From NCBI GenBank assembly GCA_041498975.1, contig JBGQJI010000043.1, positions 1-16,900 on the forward strand: a DNA stretch of 16,900 nt, read 5' to 3'. Below, piece after piece: positions 13,747 to 16,900 of this stretch (position 1 is its first letter; each line of letters opens with the position of its first letter). Both the position numbers and the translations under genes were made by a program. The notes below the pieces were generated by a model. It searched no databases. It worked only from the letters and a program-made list of their open reading frames with translations, and was not told where the DNA came from. This stretch comes from Candidatus Methylomirabilis sp. (GTDB taxonomy: Bacteria > Methylomirabilota > Methylomirabilia > Methylomirabilales > Methylomirabilaceae).

Positions 13747-15522
13747 GTGGCACCGAAACAGCCCAGGACCAAAGCGAAATCGCCCGCTGAGGCGATGGGC
13801 ATAAAGATCCTGGCTGGGTCGAACAAAGAGAAGGCAATTGCCCTGGAGCACTTGACAGAGGACCTCCTCGACGAACTCGACTACTTCGATTTCCGCGCCA
13901 AGCTTTCCCCCACCGGCCTCGCCATCGAGTTGAAAGCTCGCCACCGCTCCGGATCTCACCGCCTGCATTGTCACGGACGTACAATCGCGCATGAGATTCG
14001 CCTCGATGAGCTGAAGAAGGTTCACCGGCGCTATGCCCAGGGGCGGCGGCGAGACAAGCGGCTAGCCGGAGTCTTCTTCTCCCTCTCCGGGTTCCACGCG
14101 ACTGCAAGAAACTGGTTTTCCCGCCTGGATGCCGCTTCCAGAGGCGACTACCACCTGTTCGGAGTTGACAAGATTTGCGCCCTGCTTCGACGCGCCAAGC
14201 TGGTCTCTTCACCTGAGCACATCATCCACGCGATCGAAGGCCGGGTCATGGCGGAGCCCGGAGCACGCAGCCTCGTCTTTGCCGGGGGAAGGTTCTACTG
14301 GGTCTCCCTTATCCATGCCAAGAAGGGGGCCGCTTACTTGATTCTTGACGCGTACGGATCGCCGGTTTCCCGACGCGTGGCCCAGTCCATCAAGCGAATG
14401 GATAGCTCACTCAGGGGAAAGCGCCTGATTGACCTTCAGGCCAGGGAGAAGGTCCTTCTGGCCCTGGCCGAGACGGGACAGAAGAACCTCGAATTTCTCG
14501 CGAGGGAGGCAAAAGAACCTCTCGATGATCTTCGGGAGGTGATGCAGGGGCTTCTGCATGAAGGCTTTCTGATCACGGAGCCCGCCGGTCAACCGCGGTG
14601 GCGGTTTGACCGTTACTCCATCAAGCCCGAGTTCGATGTCTTCCTGTGCCTCGCCAGACAGTTCCTTGATAGCGCTCAACGGTTCAGGTTGCTCCGCTCC
14701 AACTTCGCTGTACAGATGCTGGTGTCCGGCCTGCTTCCCTACCTGGAGGGACGGTTCCGCGTGAAGCTCTCCGAGGAGGATCGGTCCTGGCTTCCGAAGT
14801 TTCTGGCCGTCTCGCCGTCGGCCCTCTCCCACGCGCTGTTTGCGCCGACAGACTACTTCCTCTCCGCCTGGCAGGATCTCGAGAGCCGCCTACTTCCCAG
14901 CCAGGAGAAAGAGCGGCTTCGGAACCAATACCTCAGCAAGCTTTACTCCGACCTGCTCCTGCGATATGCGAGCGACCTGCAGGACAGCCGGTTCGACGAG
15001 GTGCTCCGCCACAAGGGCATGCGGGGCCACCTCTATCGAATCACGGCCAAGGCAGCAAGTGCCGAAGAGCTCTTTTTCTCGATGAAAGGCGAGTCGTATC
15101 TCACGCTCCCGGCGTTGGGGGCCGCCGGCACCGTCGCCCCGAAGGGCGTCGGCGTATCGGCAACCGGTCCCAATGGCGACACCGCCCTGAGCAACGGGAA
15201 GGCCCTGATGCACATGCAAGAGTACGACTATGCCGTCGAGCTGTTCGACCGGGCGATCAAAGATGTGAAAGACCCGAACAAACTCCTCGAGGCATGGAAC
15301 GCCAAGGGGACCTGCCTGTTTCATCAGAAACGCCACTCCGCCGCGATCAATTGCTTCAACGAGGCCCTTCGCTACGACGCCAATTACAAGGAGGCCTGGC
15401 TCCATAAGGCCGCCTGCTTGAAGGAGTTGGGGGATAGTAACGGGGCCATTCGTTGCGCGAAGCGGGCCTTGGAGATCGATCCCTCCTACGAGCAAGCGCG
15501 AGATTTCTTACGGAGCGTCTGA
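13747..15522 (+). CDS. Multidomain protein: degenerate restriction-endonuclease (Mrr_cat-like) N-terminus, putative winged helix, about 3 C-terminal TPRs
   Basis: N-terminus KEKAIALEHLTEDLLDELDY...TGLAIELKARHR...LHCHGR...GVFFSLSGF. HTH-like REKVLLALAETGQKNLEFLAREAKEPLDDLREVMQGLLHEGFL. TPRs AWNAKGTCLFHQKRHSAAINCFNEALRYDANY and AWLHKAACLKELGDSNGAIRCAKRALEIDPSY. GTG start. Confidence 0.8.
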   Translation: MAPKQPRTKAKSPAEAMGIKILAGSNKEKAIALEHLTEDLLDELDYFDFRAKLSPTGLAIELKARHRSGSHRLHCHGRTIAHEIRLDELKKVHRRYAQGRRRDKRLAGVFFSLSGFHATARNWFSRLDAASRGDYHLFGVDKICALLRRAKLVSSPEHIIHAIEGRVMAEPGARSLVFAGGRFYWVSLIHAKKGAAYLILDAYGSPVSRRVAQSIKRMDSSLRGKRLIDLQAREKVLLALAETGQKNLEFLAREAKEPLDDLREVMQGLLHEGFLITEPAGQPRWRFDRYSIKPEFDVFLCLARQFLDSAQRFRLLRSNFAVQMLVSGLLPYLEGRFRVKLSEEDRSWLPKFLAVSPSALSHALFAPTDYFLSAWQDLESRLLPSQEKERLRNQYLSKLYSDLLLRYASDLQDSRFDEVLRHKGMRGHLYRITAKAASAEELFFSMKGESYLTLPALGAAGTVAPKGVGVSATGPNGDTALSNGKALMHMQEYDYAVELFDRAIKDVKDPNKLLEAWNAKGTCLFHQKRHSAAINCFNEALRYDANYKEAWLHKAACLKELGDSNGAIRCAKRALEIDPSYEQARDFLRSV

Positions 15523-15600
15523 GACACCCTTGACCTGCGGCATCATGACTGACACCATCGCCTTCCTGTTCAGCCACAAAAAGTCGCCGGGCGAAGAATC

Positions 15601-16900
15601 GTGATCGGCATCCTCGACTACTCAGCCTACGTCCCGATCTTCCGCCTCCCACGGGACGAGATCGCCAGGGCCTGGGGCCGACCGTCCGTCCTCCCGCTCA
15701 GTGCCGGGGAGCGGGCTGTCGCGAACTTCGACGAAGACAGCGTAACTCTCGCGGCCGAGGCGGCGCTCCGCTGCCTGGGGCATTTCGAAGGGGAACGGCC
15801 AGACGGCCTCTATTTCGCCTCGACCACCGCGCCCGACCAGGAGCGCCAGGCAGCCACGATCATCGCGGCGGCCGCGGATCTGCCGCGAGAGATTCGGACG
15901 GCGGACTTCGCGGGCTCCCTGCGAGCCGGGACGTCGGCGTTTCTGGCGGCCCTCGATGCGGTCAAAGGCGGACCAGCGTGGTCGATCCTGGTGTCGGCTG
16001 CCGATTGCCGGTTGGCCGAGCCTGGACAGACGGCCGAGACGCTGATCGGGGATGGAGCCGCCGCCGTCCTTGTAGGAGAGGGCGAGGCAATCGCCACAGT
16101 GGAGGCGGCCTACTCCGTTGCGGAGGAGTTCCCAGGCACCTGGCGCCAGAGCGGGAATCGCTTCATCCAGAGCGACGACGAGAAATTCGCAGCCACATAC
16201 GGGTATCAACGGCTCGCCCTGGAGGCGATGAGAGGGTTGCTCGACAAGGCAAAGCTCAGCCCGGAGCAGCTCTCCAGGATCGTCTGCCCTGCGCCGGACC
16301 TTAGCAGCTACACCACCCTGGCCAAGGCCTCCGGCATCCCACTGGCTTTTCTTCAGGACCCGCTCCTCCTCTCCGTCGGCTTCACAGGCGCCGCCTGTCC
16401 CCTTCTCCTCCTGGCAACCTGCCTGGAGAAAGCCGAGCCGGGACAGTTGATCCTGCTCCTCAGCTATGGGAGCGGCGCAGATGCGATTCTTCTCTCGGTG
16501 ACCGACGAAATCGAGGCATACCGGTCACGGATGCCGCGGGATCTCATCGGGAGGGGACGACCGCTTCCCAGCTACCAAACGTATCTCAAGTATCGAGATC
16601 TGGTGAGGAACCAGCACGGGCTGTGGGAGATCGAACCGTTCACCTCCCTCACCATGTTGTGGCGCGAGCGCCAGCAGAATCTTGCCCTCTACGGGGTCAA
16701 GTGCGCGAAGTGTGATTCGGTCGTCTTTCCGGCAAGGCGAGTCTGCCCGAAGTGCGGGACCAAAGACGCCTTTGAGCCCTACAAGCTGGGGCGGCAGGGA
16801 AAACTCGTGACCTACAGCAAGGACCGCCTCTACCCTGGCCCGGAATCCCCCACGATCATGGCCGTGATCGATCTGGAGGGGGGCGGCCGACTCTTCACAC
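15601..16900 (+). CDS. HMG-CoA synthase/KAS-III-like domain fused to a DUF35 Zn-ribbon/OB-fold domain (partial; runs off the window)
   Basis: Manual translation from GTG 15601: MIGILDYSAYVPIFRLPRDEIARAWG...GERAVANFDEDSVTLAAEAA...FASTTAP...ADFAGSLRAGTSA...GDGAAAVLVG...LLSYGSGADA...LYGVKCAKCDSVVFPARRVCPKCG...GKLVTYSKD...AVIDLEGGGRLFT. Not in the ORF track (no stop). Confidence 0.9.
   Translation, partial: MIGILDYSAYVPIFRLPRDEIARAWGRPSVLPLSAGERAVANFDEDSVTLAAEAALRCLGHFEGERPDGLYFASTTAPDQERQAATIIAAAADLPREIRTADFAGSLRAGTSAFLAALDAVKGGPAWSILVSAADCRLAEPGQTAETLIGDGAAAVLVGEGEAIATVEAAYSVAEEFPGTWRQSGNRFIQSDDEKFAATYGYQRLALEAMRGLLDKAKLSPEQLSRIVCPAPDLSSYTTLAKASGIPLAFLQDPLLLSVGFTGAACPLLLLATCLEKAEPGQLILLLSYGSGADAILLSVTDEIEAYRSRMPRDLIGRGRPLPSYQTYLKYRDLVRNQHGLWEIEPFTSLTMLWRERQQNLALYGVKCAKCDSVVFPARRVCPKCGTKDAFEPYKLGRQGKLVTYSKDRLYPGPESPTIMAVIDLEGGGRLFT

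Noticed and set aside
15530..15558. TTGACC-N17-CACCAT as promoter for the last gene
   Set aside because: Poor -10 match; co-transcription with the upstream TPR gene is equally plausible.
15622..16304. ORF-track ORFs 15622-16209 (-), 15810-16097 (-) and 15978-16304 (+)
   Set aside because: Shadows or alternate frames of the HMGS-like/DUF35 gene starting at 15601.

Overview
GC-rich bacterial window that is mostly housekeeping and lipid metabolism. In order: an RND/HlyD-type efflux membrane-fusion lipoprotein (- strand, running off the left edge, absent from the ORF track) behind a TetR regulator; a small EF-Tu-domain-II-like beta-barrel protein; a bioF-like alpha-oxoamine synthase followed by a UPF0182 membrane protein; a Bacillus-type fadN-fadA-fadE beta-oxidation operon; a convergent DUF6665-like/moaD/moaE operon; a 591-aa protein (degenerate Mrr-like nuclease fold, winged helix, TPR); and an HMG-CoA-synthase-like/DUF35 Zn-ribbon-OB fusion running off the right edge (also absent from the ORF track). 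Main oddities: (1) the efflux gene switches in frame into a FabZ sequence at a 21-nt LYYFVGI stretch that fits both proteins, probably an assembly chimera; (2) every intergenic gap in and around the fad operon holds a heptamer-repeat and/or REP-type palindrome, including a three-layer nested element in the fadN leader; (3) two adjacent genes look like catalytically dead enzymes; (4) MoaD has residues after its Gly-Gly. All family assignments come from motif recognition by eye, not database searches.
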